64,000 bases of DNA from Mobula hypostoma. Lineage: Eukaryota. Location: NCBI RefSeq assembly GCF_963921235.1, contig NC_086097.1:89840001-89904000 (forward strand), written 5' to 3'. Positions 1 through 12,695 of this stretch are shown piece after piece. The position numbers were made by a program, and so were the translations under genes. The notes under the pieces are model-generated. The model worked only from the letters and a program-made list of their open reading frames with translations. It was not told the DNA's origin and did no database searches. Numbering within the stretch: position 1 is the first letter of the stretch; each line of letters begins with the position of its first letter.

Positions 1-100
1 ACACTACCTCACCATTTGTTGTTCTTTTCTGCACTACCTATTTGATGTTCATAATATATAGTTCTTATTGTAAGTTATAGTATATTCTATGTATTGCATT

Positions 101-401
101 TTTGGGCAGACAGGGCTTCTCAGCCATGGTTAGCAGATCATCTGGTAGAAGGAAAACTCTGATCTCAAACCTCTTCTGCCTTGCAGCTGTACCCGCTCAT
201 GGGGAAGGCTTCAAAGTAAACCCCGAGGAAAAGTCCAGAGTCAGAGTCCCTGTATTGGTCTCTGCCATTCTTTTGGATTCATCAGCAGTGGGGAGAGGGG
301 GAGCTTGCTGCATGGGCAACAGCTTACTCTCCATATTGTGCTGAACTGGCTTGCGTATGACAGAGACAGACAGGGCACAAGATCCACGGTCGCCCTCGCA
401 G
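101..401 (+). mobile_element. Non-autonomous RTE-like retroelement fragment inserted in a LINE 3' tail
   Basis: 10-bp TSD GTATTGCATT at 91-100 and 402-411; similar to 24760-24915 (GAAAACTCT...AAACCTC...GGGAAGG...GTAAACC); family assignment inferred. Confidence 0.65.
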
Positions 402-519
402 GTATTGCATTGCCTTATGTATTGCAGTGCTGCTGCAAAACAACACATTTCACGACACGTCCGTAATAATCAAACTGATTTGGATTCTAACAAGCCGCTT
501 ATCATGCTTTGAATTATGT

Positions 520-1040
520 ATTTTTTGGAATGTAAACTTCACTACCAAGGCCAGCATTTATTGCTTACCCATTTCTACTATTAATGTGGCTTACCACCAT
601 CTTGAGCTGCTGCAGCTCTTTGTGGTGAAGGTACTTTCTTGGTGCTAATGGGGAGGGGGTGACACTTGGACACAGAGATCCAGGTCAGTGCCAAGTGACC
701 CATTGGTTCTTTTTTCACTGATGCTGTTTTCATGTCGAGGAGGATCCCACAGCATAGCTGGCTGGGGCAACTTCAAAGTCAATCATATTGGTGCAGCCCT
801 GGAGTCACTTATATGATGCCAAATTTGCCTCCATGAAGGAAATTTGTGCACCAGATGGGCCTTTACTGTAATCTAGTAGTTTGTGGTTACAGTTACTGAG
901 GCCAACTTTTACGTAAACTTAATTCCTGCCATAATTAACTTAAGTTGCAGAGGTACTGTTGTGGGATTTCAACCCAGGTTGCTGGATTGTATGTCCAGGA
1001 CCCTTGGTTAAAGATCGATTAATTCCACTGTACATGTTAC
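520..1040 (-). mobile_element. Old degraded LINE/SINE remnant
   Basis: GGCCAGCATTTATTGC...CTGCTGCAG motif and tRNA-like GGATTTCAACCC; recognised by eye only. Confidence 0.35.
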
Positions 1041-1544
1041 CAATGAACAAGAAAGGTTTTGGAATAGACCAACAAGTGATTTGTCTTTACCACACAGTGT
1101 GTTCTAATTCTGACTAACACACTGACCCTCCCCCACACACCCGTCCTCCTCCACTCCCTCCTTTCCCCAGCTCCACTACTTCCTGCTGATTCAGGCACTC
1201 AAAGCCTGGCGTGCATCCAAGCTGAAGCACAAAGAACACACTTAATCACGAAGATGCTTTAGATTGGCCCTCAAGGACTACTTGTTGTTTTGTGCACTGT
1301 GGAGAATTTTACTGAAGTTTTCTGCTGCAGTAGAGAAGGAGAGCTTAACCCTTTAATATCCATCTAACACCAAGATATGTGCTCAGGACGCTTGGGCCTG
1401 TTTCAAAAGGAGGCTTATGAGCTGATTTAAGTCAGGGCATATTTGCCCTTGTCAGCTTTCCTCTCCCTCTACCACCTTTCTAGGTTGGATCTTATCCAAA
1501 AGCTGCTACCAATGTCTAGACTGACTGCAAGTGCCCTTAGTCAC

Positions 1545-1930
1545 TGACCACACTGATTGTTCCCGTCCACATTGGCAGCAAGTGCCCTTTACTCATCACT
1601 GGCCACACTCAATGCCCATGTCAACATTGGTGGCGAGTATCCGTGGGCCATCACTGGCCACACTGGTCACATGTATCTTTGGACCATCACTGGCCATACT
1701 CACTGTCTTACCGCACTGGTTGCATGTATCCTTAGGCCATCGCTGGTTACCCTCCCTGCTCCTGTCCACAGTGGTGGAAAATGTCCTTGGGCCATCATTG
1801 GCCACAATTACTGCCCTGACGACACTGGTGACAAGTATGCTTGGCCCATCACTGGCTGTGCTCACTGACCTCCATTGGTTTCTTGTCCGCTACAACCCAA
1901 GTTGCACAGCTTTACTCACTGCCCTGGTCA
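1545..1930. repeat. Degenerate tandem repeat (TGGGCCATCACTGGCCACACT-like unit)
   Basis: Motif recurs at about 1590, 1644, 1680, 1735, 1788 and 1842 with 35-55 bp period. Confidence 0.7.
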
Positions 1931-2544
1931 ACTCTTCGAGCTGTACACTCCTCCTGTTCTGACCTCCCATCTGCTTCATTCGTTGCCCTCCACTGGCCAA
2001 ACTCTACCTTCTGAAACTGCCTCTTAAGACCCACCAGCCTCTACCTGCTTCTCAAGGCACCAGAATTCCTTGAGACAATTCGCTACCATCAAATGTCTGT
2101 ATCCTAATATCTCCTTCAGTGAACCATTCTGTCTCTTCAGAGTATATTGCGGTTGTGCTGAAATGGAGAAATCAACCTTAAACTAACTTCCTGTCATGGT
2201 CCGGTCCATGAAGTCCGTATTCCGGTTCACAGTCCGGTCCATCGACCCTTGCTCCAGGTTTTCCTGTCTACCCTGGTTCTGTTCTTGTTGAGCTCTAATT
2301 GAGGCAGCTGATGCTCGTTGGGGCTGGCTGCATAAATACCTTCAGAGACCAGGGTGTGGCTGCTGGATTGTTCTTGTCCTTACTCCTTGTATCCCTTGCT
2401 CTGTCTTCTGTTTCCTCGCCTGAAGCCTTGCCGGTAACTCTCGCCTCGCCTGAAGTTCTCATTTCGCCTTGCATTGCCTGAAGCCTTGCCTTGCCTTGCC
2501 TTGTCTTGCTGTCTTGTCCTGGAGCCACCCCATACTTAGCTCCC

Positions 2545-2830
2545 TTCCTGTCCCTTGCCTCCGTCGGGTAAGCCAGGCCGTCTTGCTGTTACCTGCAGTT
2601 GGTTCTGTCCCTGCCTGTCCTCTGCCTCCGTCGGGTAAGCCAGGCCGTCTTGCCGTTACCTGCGGTTGGTTCTGTCCCTTCCTGTCCCTTGCCTCCATCG
2701 AGTAAGTCAGGCCATATTGCCGTTACCGGCAGTTGGTTCTGTCCCTTGCCTCCGTCGGGTAAGCCAGGCCATATTGCTGTTACCTGCAGTTGGTTCTGTC
2801 CCTTCCTGTCCCATGCCTCCATCGGGTAAT
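2545..2830 (+). repeat. Minisatellite inside the LTR (~55-75 bp unit GCCTCCGTCGGGTAAGCCAGGCC...GGTTCTGTCCCT)
   Basis: About 4-5 directly visible copies. Confidence 0.9.
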
Positions 2831-2869
2831 GATCCGTGCCCTGCCCAGGAGTACCGTGCCCTGCCCAGG

Positions 2870-3180
2870 AGGAGCCTGCCTAGCCTCAAGCCTGAAGACT
2901 CCAGCCTCCTGCCTAGCCTCAAGCCTGAAGACTCCAGCCTCCTGCCAAGCCTCACCTCAAGTCTCTAGCCTCAAGCCTGAAGACTCCAGCCTCCAGCTTC
3001 CTGCCAAGTCCTGCCTCAAGCCTGAAGACTCCAGCTTCCTGCCAAGCCTTGACTCTAGCCTCAAGCCTGAAGATTCCAGCCTCTGCCTCTAAGCCTCAAG
3101 CCTGAAGATTCCAGCCTCTGCCTCTAAGCCTCAAGCCTGAAGACTCCAGCCTCATCCTGCCTGCCTGCCAAGCCTCATCC
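2870..3180 (+). repeat. Minisatellite inside the LTR (GCCTCAAGCCTGAAGACTCCAGCCT unit)
   Basis: About 8 visible copies. Confidence 0.9.
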
Positions 3181-3694
3181 TCGCCTAGTTCTGGGGTCCG
3201 AGCCAGAGGCAAGACCCAGGTACTGGGTCCATGTCCAGTCTCTGGCTCAGAGTCCAAGACCAGGCTCCTAGCTCTCTTGTCCAGTCCTGTTCCGGGTTCC
3301 CGGTTCTCCTGTCCATGTGCTTGCCCTCGCCCTGTATCCTAGTCCTGTCCCTAGTACTTCAGTGTCTGTGTCTTGCACTTGGGTCCATTCCTAGCCACCT
3401 CCTTATGACACTTCCTTATCGTTATTCAGTTACCACTGTGGTAAAATGTGAAATTAAGTCTGTGTTGATATCAGGAGAGGGTGGCACATGCTTTGTCATA
3501 ACACTGGATTAGGTTGAGTAGCAATTGTTACCATAACTAGGTTCAGGCTTGAAGCATAACTGTTAACCAGGTTAGTGAAGCTGTCACTGGGCACAGGGCA
3601 GGAGAGGAAGTGTCATAAACATAGGGTAAAAGAGATAAACACTCAACAGAGAGACAAAGAAGAAACAAATAAGATAGTTTCATGTGCTGTATAT

Positions 3695-4140
3695 CAATCA
3701 GAATCAGGTTTAATATCACTGGCATAGGTCATGAAATCTGTTGTTTAATAATGCTTAATAATAAAAACTGTGAATTACAATGAGTATATATGTAAAATAG
3801 TTAAATTTAATAAGTAGTGAGGTAGTGTTCATGGGTTCATTGTCCATTCAGAAATCAAATGGTAGAGGGGAAGTATCTGTTTCTGAATCGTTGAGAGTGT
3901 GCCTTCAGGCTCCTATACCTCCTTCCTGATGGTAGCAATGAGAAGAGGGCATGTCCTGGGTGATGGGGAGCCTTAATGTTGGATGACTCCTTTTTGAGGC
4001 ATTGCTCCTTGAAGGTGTCCTGAATGCTGAGGAAGCCAGTGCCCGGGATGGAGCTGACTGAGTTTACAACTTTGTGCAGCTTATTTTGATCCTGTGCAGT
4101 GTCACACCCCCATGCCAGATGGTGATGCAGCCAGTTAGAA
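3695..4140 (-). mobile_element. Rex1/Babar-like LINE 3' fragment
   Basis: Tail ATCAGAATCAGGTTTAATATCA; matches 22905-23190 and 36900-37200. Confidence 0.7.
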
Positions 4141-5356
4141 AGTTAGAATCAATAACAGTCTTTAAAGAAGCAGTCTTAAAACTGAAAGGTCCGTCAACAA
4201 AAGTCGAAAAAACTAATGTTGCTGTCAATCTGAGAAGAAACCAGAGAATAGTAGATACACTCATCACTTTTGGCAGTATCTGTGGAGAGAGAAATAGAGT
4301 TAATGTCCTGGGTCAAGGCTTTCACCTGATGAAGTTATCTGATAAATCACCTGATAGGAGGTTATGGGACTGACAATGCTGCTGCATTGTCACCCACCTC
4401 TATTCCCATCCACAGGTGTTCTCTGACTTGCATCACTATTTCCAGCATTTTCTGTTTTTATTTCCCACTTCAAAGGAGGCATTTCTCAAAGTGAGAAGAG
4501 CTTGCACCAGCCTCCTTCAAACAGTGAAACGCATGTCTCACAGTGCAGAGCTCTTCACTGCAAGGCATCCTGCTGTGTCCGAACTCCCAGCAAAAAAAAT
4601 GTGAGACTGTTCTTAACCTTCACCCTCTTTGATCAGTTCTGAACATTTTCTCAAATACTTAGAAGTGGTAGGTGAATGACGTGCTAGAAGGCACCAATCC
4701 AAGCAACTGGGAAAAGAATATGAGAGGAATTATTTTCACGCATTTCCTACACCTGCAATCGGCGCAAGTTTGATAGCAAACCTTCTATATCTAAAGGGGA
4801 TTCAAGAAATATTTGAGGTAAGAGGTAAAATTACAGTGAGGTAAAATTTGAGGTAAAATTACAGTGCTGTGAATAAACAGGAGGGCCAAGGATGGCTGAG
4901 TAGAGTGTTAACTGGCTATTAGTTTTGAAATGTTGGCACAGCTATGATTAGACTGAATGGCTCCTTTTAGTGCATTATGTCTCAGTAATACATAATTCTG
5001 AACACTGATAAATAGTAACCTCCCTCCCTTTCTACACACAGTTCGAAATGCTCATCTCGCCGTCTCCCACTTCGCTGGCTCCTCTCCAGGGTCCACATTC
5101 AGTCACCACTCTCAGGGTCACTCACCTACTGATTAAATGTTAATGATCATCATTTCCTGGCCCCCTCATTTCATTTCGGTCATGCTGGTTTTTGAAATTT
5201 ATTGAGGGCCTTTCATTTAATAAATCAAATCTTTTGGGATTTGACAGGCTTATGGAGTACAGCAACGTGGGCCAGTGTGTCTTTCTCTTAGTGAATGAGA
5301 GATGAAGCCTGGCAAAGGAAATAATGGCTTTAGGAAAAGAGAAAGAGGGAGAGGGG

Positions 5357-5391
<35 letters not shown>
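5357..5391. repeat. (CA)n microsatellite
   Basis: Direct. Confidence 0.95.
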
Positions 5392-5393
<2 letters not shown>

Positions 5394-5394
5394 C

Positions 5395-6130
5395 AATAAG
5401 ACATAGGAGCAGAATTAAGTCATTCGTCCCATTGATTCTACCTTGCCATTCCAACATGGTTGATTCATTATCCCTCTCAACCCTATTTTTCTGTCGTCTT
5501 CCCGTATCCTTTGTCGCCCTTACTAATCAAGAATCTATCAACCTATGCTTTAAGTATACCCAATGACTTGGCTTCCTCAGCCATCTGCGGCATGAATTCC
5601 AGAATCACCATTCTGTCTGAAGAAATTCCTCCTCATTTCTGTTCTAAAGAACGTATTTTTAGGCGGTGCTCTCTGGTCCCACCAGAGGTATCTCCACCAA
5701 TATAGGAAACATCCTCTCCATAGCAGCACAAACAAAATGCTGGAGAAACTCAGGCAGCATCTATGGAAAGGAATAAACAATCAACAGTCAGTTTGGGGCC
5801 GAGATCCTTCTTCAGGACTGGAAAGGAAAGGGGAAGACGCCGAAATAAAAAAGAATAAAAATAAGAGAAATTTAAAGGAAGGTGATAGGTGAAACCAGGT
5901 GGGTAGAAAAGGTAAAAGAGTGAAGATGAAGGTATCTGATGGGAAAGGAGAGTGAACCATAGGAGAAAGGGAAGGAGAGAAACCAGGGGTAGGTGATAGG
6001 CAGGTAAGAAGAGACAGGAAGCCAGAATGGGGAATAGAAGAAGAGGGGAGGGCAAGGAATTTTTTTTTCTCCATGTCCACTCTATCTAGGCCCCTAAGTA
6101 TTTGTGGGATTCAATGAGATCCCCCCTCAG
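5395..6130 (-). mobile_element. CR1 LINE 3' fragment interrupted by a PLE tail (about 5722-6062)
   Basis: ATAAGACATAGGAGCAGAATTA tail; homology to 36180-36545; the PLE part matches the reverse complement of 18700-19030. Confidence 0.75.
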
Positions 6131-6367
6131 AAACACACATGGACTGGTCATAAGATACATCCATTTACAGGGAGATTTAGTCTTAGAAATAGAAACACAA
6201 TAAGAGTGAGGGACAGAAAGACACATAAAGCCACAGAGAGAGGTAGAGATAGAAATAGGCACACTGAAATTGAGAGATGGATGCAGAAATAGAGAGACAG
6301 CAAGACCCTGGGTCCCAGGGAGACATGAAATTAGTAACACAATGAAAATGAGAGGCAGAGACTGTAA

Positions 6368-8350
6368 AAGATTCATCGAGTCGTACAGCATAGAAACAAG
6401 CCCTTCAGCCCAATTGGTCCATGTTGACCAAGATTCCTCATTCAGTATTTGGCCCATAATCATCCAAACCTTTTCAAATCTATGTACCTGTCCAAGTAAC
6501 TTTTAAAAGTTGTTACTGTTCCTGCTTCAACCACTTCCTCTGGCAGCTCAGTACACCTGCATTCCATACTTCATGTAAAAAAAAAAGTTGCCCCTCAAGT
6601 TCCTACTAAATCTTTCTCTTATCACCTTAAACTTGTGCCCTCCAGTTCTTGTTTCCCCAACTCTTGGAAAAAGACTGAATGCATTCACCCTATCTGTGAC
6701 CCTCATGATTTTATGCACCTCTATAAAATCACCTCTCAGTTTCTCACAAAGAAATAAAGTCTTAGCCTGTCCAATTTCTCCCTAGAACTCAGTCTCTCAA
6801 GTCCTGCCAGTATACTTGTAAAACCTTTTCTGTACATTATCCAGTTTAATAACATCTTTCCAGTAGGGCAACCCAAACTGAAAACACTACTCCAAACGCA
6901 GCCTCACCAGCATCCAGTACCACTGTACTATGCTCTCACAACTTTTATACTCAACGCCCTGACTTGTGTCTACCTGTGACTCCACTTTTAGGGAACTATG
7001 TATTTGTACTCCAAGATTCCTCTGTTTTGCAACACTCTCCAGGGTCCTGCTGTTCACTGTGAAAGTCCTATCTGGATTTGACTTTCCATAATGCAACACT
7101 TTGCATTTATCTGAATTAAACTGCATTTGCTATTCCTTGGCCCACTTACTCAGCTGATCAAGAAACCCCTGTAATTTTGGATAACGTTCTTCATTGTTCA
7201 CTACCACTTATCTTAGTGTAATTTGCAAACCTACTAACTGAACACTGTACATTCTTACCATTGATATAGCATTAACCCCTGAGACACACCACTGAAGTTG
7301 CAGGCCTTCAGTCTCAGAAACAACCTTCTAACATCAAGCTAATGGAGCCAATTCTACTTTCTACCATCAAGCTAATTGTGTATCCAATTACCCAACTCAT
7401 TCCTGGATTCCATGCGATCTAACCTTTCAAAGCAGTGGAACCTTATCAAAGTCCTTGCAGAAGTCCGTATAAACAACATCTGCTGCCCTACACAGATCAT
7501 CTTTCTTGGTCATCTCATCAAAAAACTCCATCGGGTTCATAAGATGTGATCTCCCAAGTACAAAGCCATGCTGACTATCCCTATTCAACCTTGCCTTTCC
7601 AGATGCACATATATCTTATCCCTCAGAATCCTCTCCAGTAACTTACCTACCACAGATGTTAGATTTGCTGGCCTATAGTTTCCAGGTTTTTCTTTGCTGC
7701 TTTTCTTCAATAAAGCCATTAAATTCACTACTCTGCAGTCCTGTGGCACATCTCCTGTGGCTAATAATGATACAAGTATCTCAGCTAAGGCTCCCACAAT
7801 TTCCCCTCTTGCCACCCACATTGTTCTTAGATAAACCTGGTCAGGCCCTGGAGATATGTCTACCATCATAGCTGTTAAGAAATCCAGCAACTTCTCTACT
7901 GTAATACGGACTATCCCCAAGATCTTCTTATTTACATTTCCTAGTTCTGAAGTCTTCATATCTGTTCCTATGGTAAAGACAAAGGAGAAATATTCATTAA
8001 GGACCTTGCACATCTACTGCAGCTCCACATAAAGGTGTGCCTTTGGTCTTAGAGGGGCCCTGACTAGAGGCTCAATGTCTCTCATTATTTAAGGTTTGCT
8101 ACTGCTACCAGCCATGCCTTCACTCTAACAGGAACATGCAGACCTTCAGACTCCCGCATGCCTGTGGTCCTTTGCCCACAAATAACTTATTCTAATCAAC
8201 CCTTGAAAGCTCTTGTCTCATACCGTCAAAATCCATCCTGCCACAATTTAAAATTTGAGCTTGTAGATCAGTTCTATCCCTTTCAAAACCTGTCTTAAAA
8301 GTAGTATGATTATGGCCACTGGTCTCAAAGTGCTCCCCACTGCTTCCCTC
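6368..8350 (-). mobile_element. Degraded CR1 LINE (ORF2 remnants)
   Basis: ORF pieces MQFNSDKCKVLHYG and PGPDQVY...KEKPGNYRPANLTSVVGKLLE. Confidence 0.9.
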
Positions 8351-8472
8351 CCCCCCCCCATCACCTCAGTCACTGAGGTGAAGAGAAACATGGAAACCAA
8401 TGAAAACACACAGACAGGTATGCGTGCACGCCTACTCTCTCTGTCTTCCATATGCCCATGCACAGTTACACA

Positions 8473-8475
<3 letters not shown>

Positions 8476-8514
<39 letters not shown>
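8476..8514. repeat. (CA)n microsatellite
   Basis: Direct. Confidence 0.95.
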
Positions 8515-8518
<4 letters not shown>

Positions 8519-8609
8519 CCCAGTTGATGCAAAAAAAAAACACCTCTGCTGTGACAATCCTATTACACAACTCTGCACAATATCCCTGCGTATTTGTTTT
8601 TCTAATTCC

Positions 8610-9100
8610 CAGTGACCACTTGGGGCCTATAATACCACCCCACAAGATAATCATCACTTTCTTATTTCTCAGCTCCACCCATAAAGCCTCACTAATCCTT
8701 CAGTAATTTCAGCTCTGACTACTACTGTGACATTACCCTGAATCAAAAATGCAACTCCCCATCCCTCTTTCCTGTGCCACCGAAAGCACCTGTATGCTGG
8801 AACAGTAAGCTGCCTGACCCATCCCTCCTTCAGCCATGTTTCCATAATGGCAGTAATATGCCAGTGCCATGTGGCTATCCTACCCATAATGTGAAATAAA
8901 TGCAGTTTAATCAGACAGGCTTTCCTCTCCCTTAACCATTCCCCTGCCTGTCATGCCTGTTCAAATTGCTATCACTTCCCAATTTCTCACTCACCTCCCT
9001 GATGATTGGGATCCTGCCCCCTGCCCTCCCAACTACTAGTTTAAACCTACCCGAGTAGCACTAACAAACTTGCCTGTCTGAATATTGATTGCTGTCCAGA
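8610..9100 (-). mobile_element. CR1 5' ORF2 (APE endonuclease) remnant
   Basis: ORF 8669-8887 AIMETWLKEG...YRCFR...GVAFLI. Confidence 0.75.
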
Positions 9101-9287
9101 AGAGACACAGGGGTACACACACACACACACACACACACAAAACACATATGCACATAAACACACACACACACACACACAATGCAACATACAGAGGTGCCCA
9201 CGTACACACATACATATTGAGATAGGTAATGAAGAGAAACATGAAGACTCAGGCAGCCACACAGAGATAAAGGAACAAACAGAGAAA

Positions 9288-9331
<44 letters not shown>

Positions 9332-9400
9332 AAATAAGCTAACCAGCAATCACAGGAGACAGAGATAGACACAGAGTGTAAGAGACAGAGACGGATTAAC
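9100..9400. repeat. Cluster of (CA)n microsatellites and GA-rich low complexity
   Basis: Direct. Confidence 0.9.
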
Positions 9401-11220
9401 AGAAAATAAAAACATTAAAAGCAGAACAAAAATCAGAAAACTTTCACACAAGTAGGAGGAAACAATAGAAGATTGGCAGAGAGAGGTTGATGAGCAAATC
9501 CAAGACAAAAATTAAGCAGAATTGCTGAAAATAACATACATGGAACAAGCATAATAAAACCCACAACACTTTGAACCACAACAGGACAGCATGTGCCAAC
9601 AAAACCCACAGACACCTAGCAGTTTTAACACTTAGGAGGCTGCAGCTGCATATCTGCACTGTGGTTCTAAGCTGTTTTGATGATCCACTACCGAGCGTTT
9701 GTGCAGAACCGGATTCCTGGGGGATTTCCGGATCTGTCCTCGCTTACAGTTAGGTGTCTCTAAAAGTAGTCACTGTTACCCTCCCTCACCCACACCAGCC
9801 TCAGGGAGGCTGACTCTTAATTTCCTCAGATGCACCAACCTCACTCAGGACTGTAGCATACCAAAGATTCAAATCTATCCAGAAAGGAAGCTGACTTAAC
9901 CAGGATAAAATCATATTTGAAGAGATTTCTTACATTCTGTTCCTCTGTTAAATAATGTTTTATAGTTTTGTTTTGTTATAATTTCCTCTTTTGTGCTCGC
10001 CAGTGTTCTCCCCGATGAGAAAACAAAACAGGATGGGTCAGGGCTAAACACCGTTACAAGCCGGTCTGCTGAACTGTCCACCAGATTTTCACACTGAATC
10101 TACATCTGCTCACACACAACATTGCCTGGACAGCATCACCATCGGTGCAACCTTAGATCATGAGGTACAAACCAGTGACCAAGAAGTTACGGTCTGTTTT
10201 CTTCTTTTGGGCAGTCCTTGGAGGTAGAGGATGAGCTGATTTGCTTCTTATTCAGAGATGAGGGACCTGTCAGCTCTGCATCAGGTGGAGAGGTTGGGTG
10301 GGTTCTCCATCTCCTGCTTCTGGAGGACTCAAGTTTCCTGATGCCTCTTCATTGGACTGTCCAGGGCCAGGGATTCCCAACTGGTAACTGGGTCTAGGTA
10401 CAGGGAAAAACTTAATTTTGCATGCCATCCCTACCGATCATTTCATGCTTCTTTGCTCACTATCTTGAATGTTGCTCTCTATTTAGAATGTGCTTTTTTA
10501 TATGTTTTGCACCTTGGCCCCAGAGGAACATTGTCACATTCGGCTGTATCTATGTATGGTTGAATGATAATTGAACTTGATTTGATATGAGAAAGTGTGG
10601 TGCAAGGAGAAAAATAAGGTGCAAAAAATAACAAGATTTACTGGAGAATGCAGCCTAACAGGTGTCTGTAACAAGAACTCAAGAGACAGTCCTATTGAAC
10701 AAGAGGTCCATTCAATAATCATTTAACAGCAGAATAGAAGCTGTGCTTGAGCCTGGTGCCACATACTTTCAGGATTTTGTATCTTCTGCCTGATGGAACA
10801 AGCAACCACAACCTTGGACTCAACTTCACCGGGACCAAAGAACTTGCTGTGGATTTCAGGAAGGGGAAGCCCAAAGAGCACACATCAACCCTGATTGAGT
10901 GGTGAGTGGTGGAAAAGGTCACAGAGTCATAGTACATTTCAGCATGGAAACAGGCCTTTTGGCCCATCTAGTCTGTGCCAAATCACTAATCTGCCTGGTC
11001 CCATCAACATGTACTCAGACCATAGCCCTCTGTACCTCTCACATCCATGTACCTATTCAAATATCTCTTAAACGTTGAAATCCACCTCACATCCACTACT
11101 CACTCATTCTCACCACCCTCTGAGTGAAGAAGATCCCCCTCATGTTGCTCTTAAATACTTTGCCTTTCACCCTTAACCAATGACTTCTAGTTGTAGTCCC
11201 ATGCAACCTCAGTGGAAAAA

Positions 11221-11433
11221 CACACACAAAATGCTGGAGGAACTCAGCTGGCAGGCAGCATCTATGGAAAAAAGTAGAGTCAACGTTTCGGGCCGAGACC
11301 ATTCAGCAGGACTTTCCTGCCCAAAACGTCGACTGTACCCTTTTCCACAGATGCCGCCTGGCCTGCTGAGTTGCCCCAGCATTTTATGTGTGTTGCTTGG
11401 ATTTCCAGCATCTGCAGACTTGCTCTTATTTCC
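11221..11433. mobile_element. Short head-to-head (inverted) PLE terminal derivative
   Basis: Inverted arms about 11221-11295 and 11318-11395; flanked by CAGTGGAAAAA (11210-11220) and CAGTGGTAAAA (11434-11444) inside CR1. Confidence 0.8.
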
Positions 11434-12695
11434 CAGTGGTAAAAGCCTGTTTGGATTTACTCTGTCTATATCCCTCATAAGTTTGTATACCTCTATCAAA
11501 TCTCCCCTCAGTCTTTATGTTCTAGGGAATGCAGTCCTATTCAACTTTTCCCTATAACTCAGTTCCTCACGTCCCAGAACCATCCTTGCAAAGTCTCTCT
11601 CATTCTTCCATCTTATTTACATCTTTACTGCAGGTAGGTGACCAATACTGCACAACATACTCCAAATACAGCCTCACCAACGTCTTATACAATTTCAACA
11701 TAACTATCTAACTCCTGTGCTCAATACATTGATTTATGAAGGCCAATGTACCAAAACCGTTCCTTATGACCCTATCTACCTGCGATACCACTTTCAAGGA
11801 ATTGTGGATCAGTACTCTAAGGTCCCTCCGTTCTATCACACTCCTCAACGCCCTACCACTCACAGTGTCAAACCTACCCTGGTTGGTCCTCCCAAAGTGC
11901 AACACCTCAGACTTGGTTTGCATTAAATTCCATCTGCCATTTATAAGCCCATTTTTCTAGCTGGTCCAGATCCTGCTGCAAGCTTTGATAGGCTGCCATG
12001 GTTTCCACAATACCCACAATCTTGGTGTCATCTGAAAATTTACCACATTATCATCCAGATTGTTGATATAGATGGTAACAACAATGGATCCAGTATGGAT
12101 CCCTGAGGCACACCACTAGCCATAGGCCTCCAGTCAGAGAGGCAACTAATTACCACTGCTTTCTGGCTTCTCCCACAAAGCCAATGTCCAATCCAAGTTA
12201 ATACCCCATTTTGAGTGTCCAGCAACTGAACCTTCTTGACCAAGCTTCCCTGAGGGACCTTGTCAAATGCCTTGCTAAAGTCCACGTTGACAACATCCAC
12301 TGCCTTGCCTTCATCAACTTTTCTGGTAACTTCCTCGAAAAACTCTATAAAATTGTTTAGACCAATTGGTTAGCTACGACCCACAAAGCCATGTTGACAA
12401 TCGCTAATCAGTCCCTGCCTATCCAAGTACTTATTTATCCAGAACCTTTGAATGCCTTCCAATAACTTTCCCACTACTGACATCAGGCTCACTGGTCTAT
12501 AATTTCTCGGTTTATTTTTAGAGACTTTCTTAAACAGTGGAACAACTTGAGCTATCCTCCAGTCCTCCAGTACCTCACCTGTTGCTAAGGATGATTTAAA
12601 TATCCCTGCTAGGGCACTTGTCTCCCACAGGGTCCAAGTGAACACCTTGTTAGTCCCTGGGGATGTGTAAACCCTAATTTGCATCAAGACAGTTA

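Larger units (their letters stand above)
2192..3410 (+). mobile_element. Solo LTR (Ty3/Gypsy-like), 1219 bp, with internal tandem arrays
   Basis: Termini TGTCAT...ATGACA; 5-bp TSD CTTCC at 2187-2191 and 3411-3415; TATA-like CATAAATA at about 2331. Confidence 0.85.

Noticed and set aside
1545..1930. Repeat-spacer pattern resembling a CRISPR array
   Set aside because: Repeats are degenerate, spacers are related to each other, there are no cas genes, and the context is vertebrate
2295..3512. Repetitive ORFs within the LTR
   Set aside because: They arise from tandem arrays; no gag or env features
8248..9372. HTHT/CVCV ORFs
   Set aside because: Translations of (CA)n microsatellites
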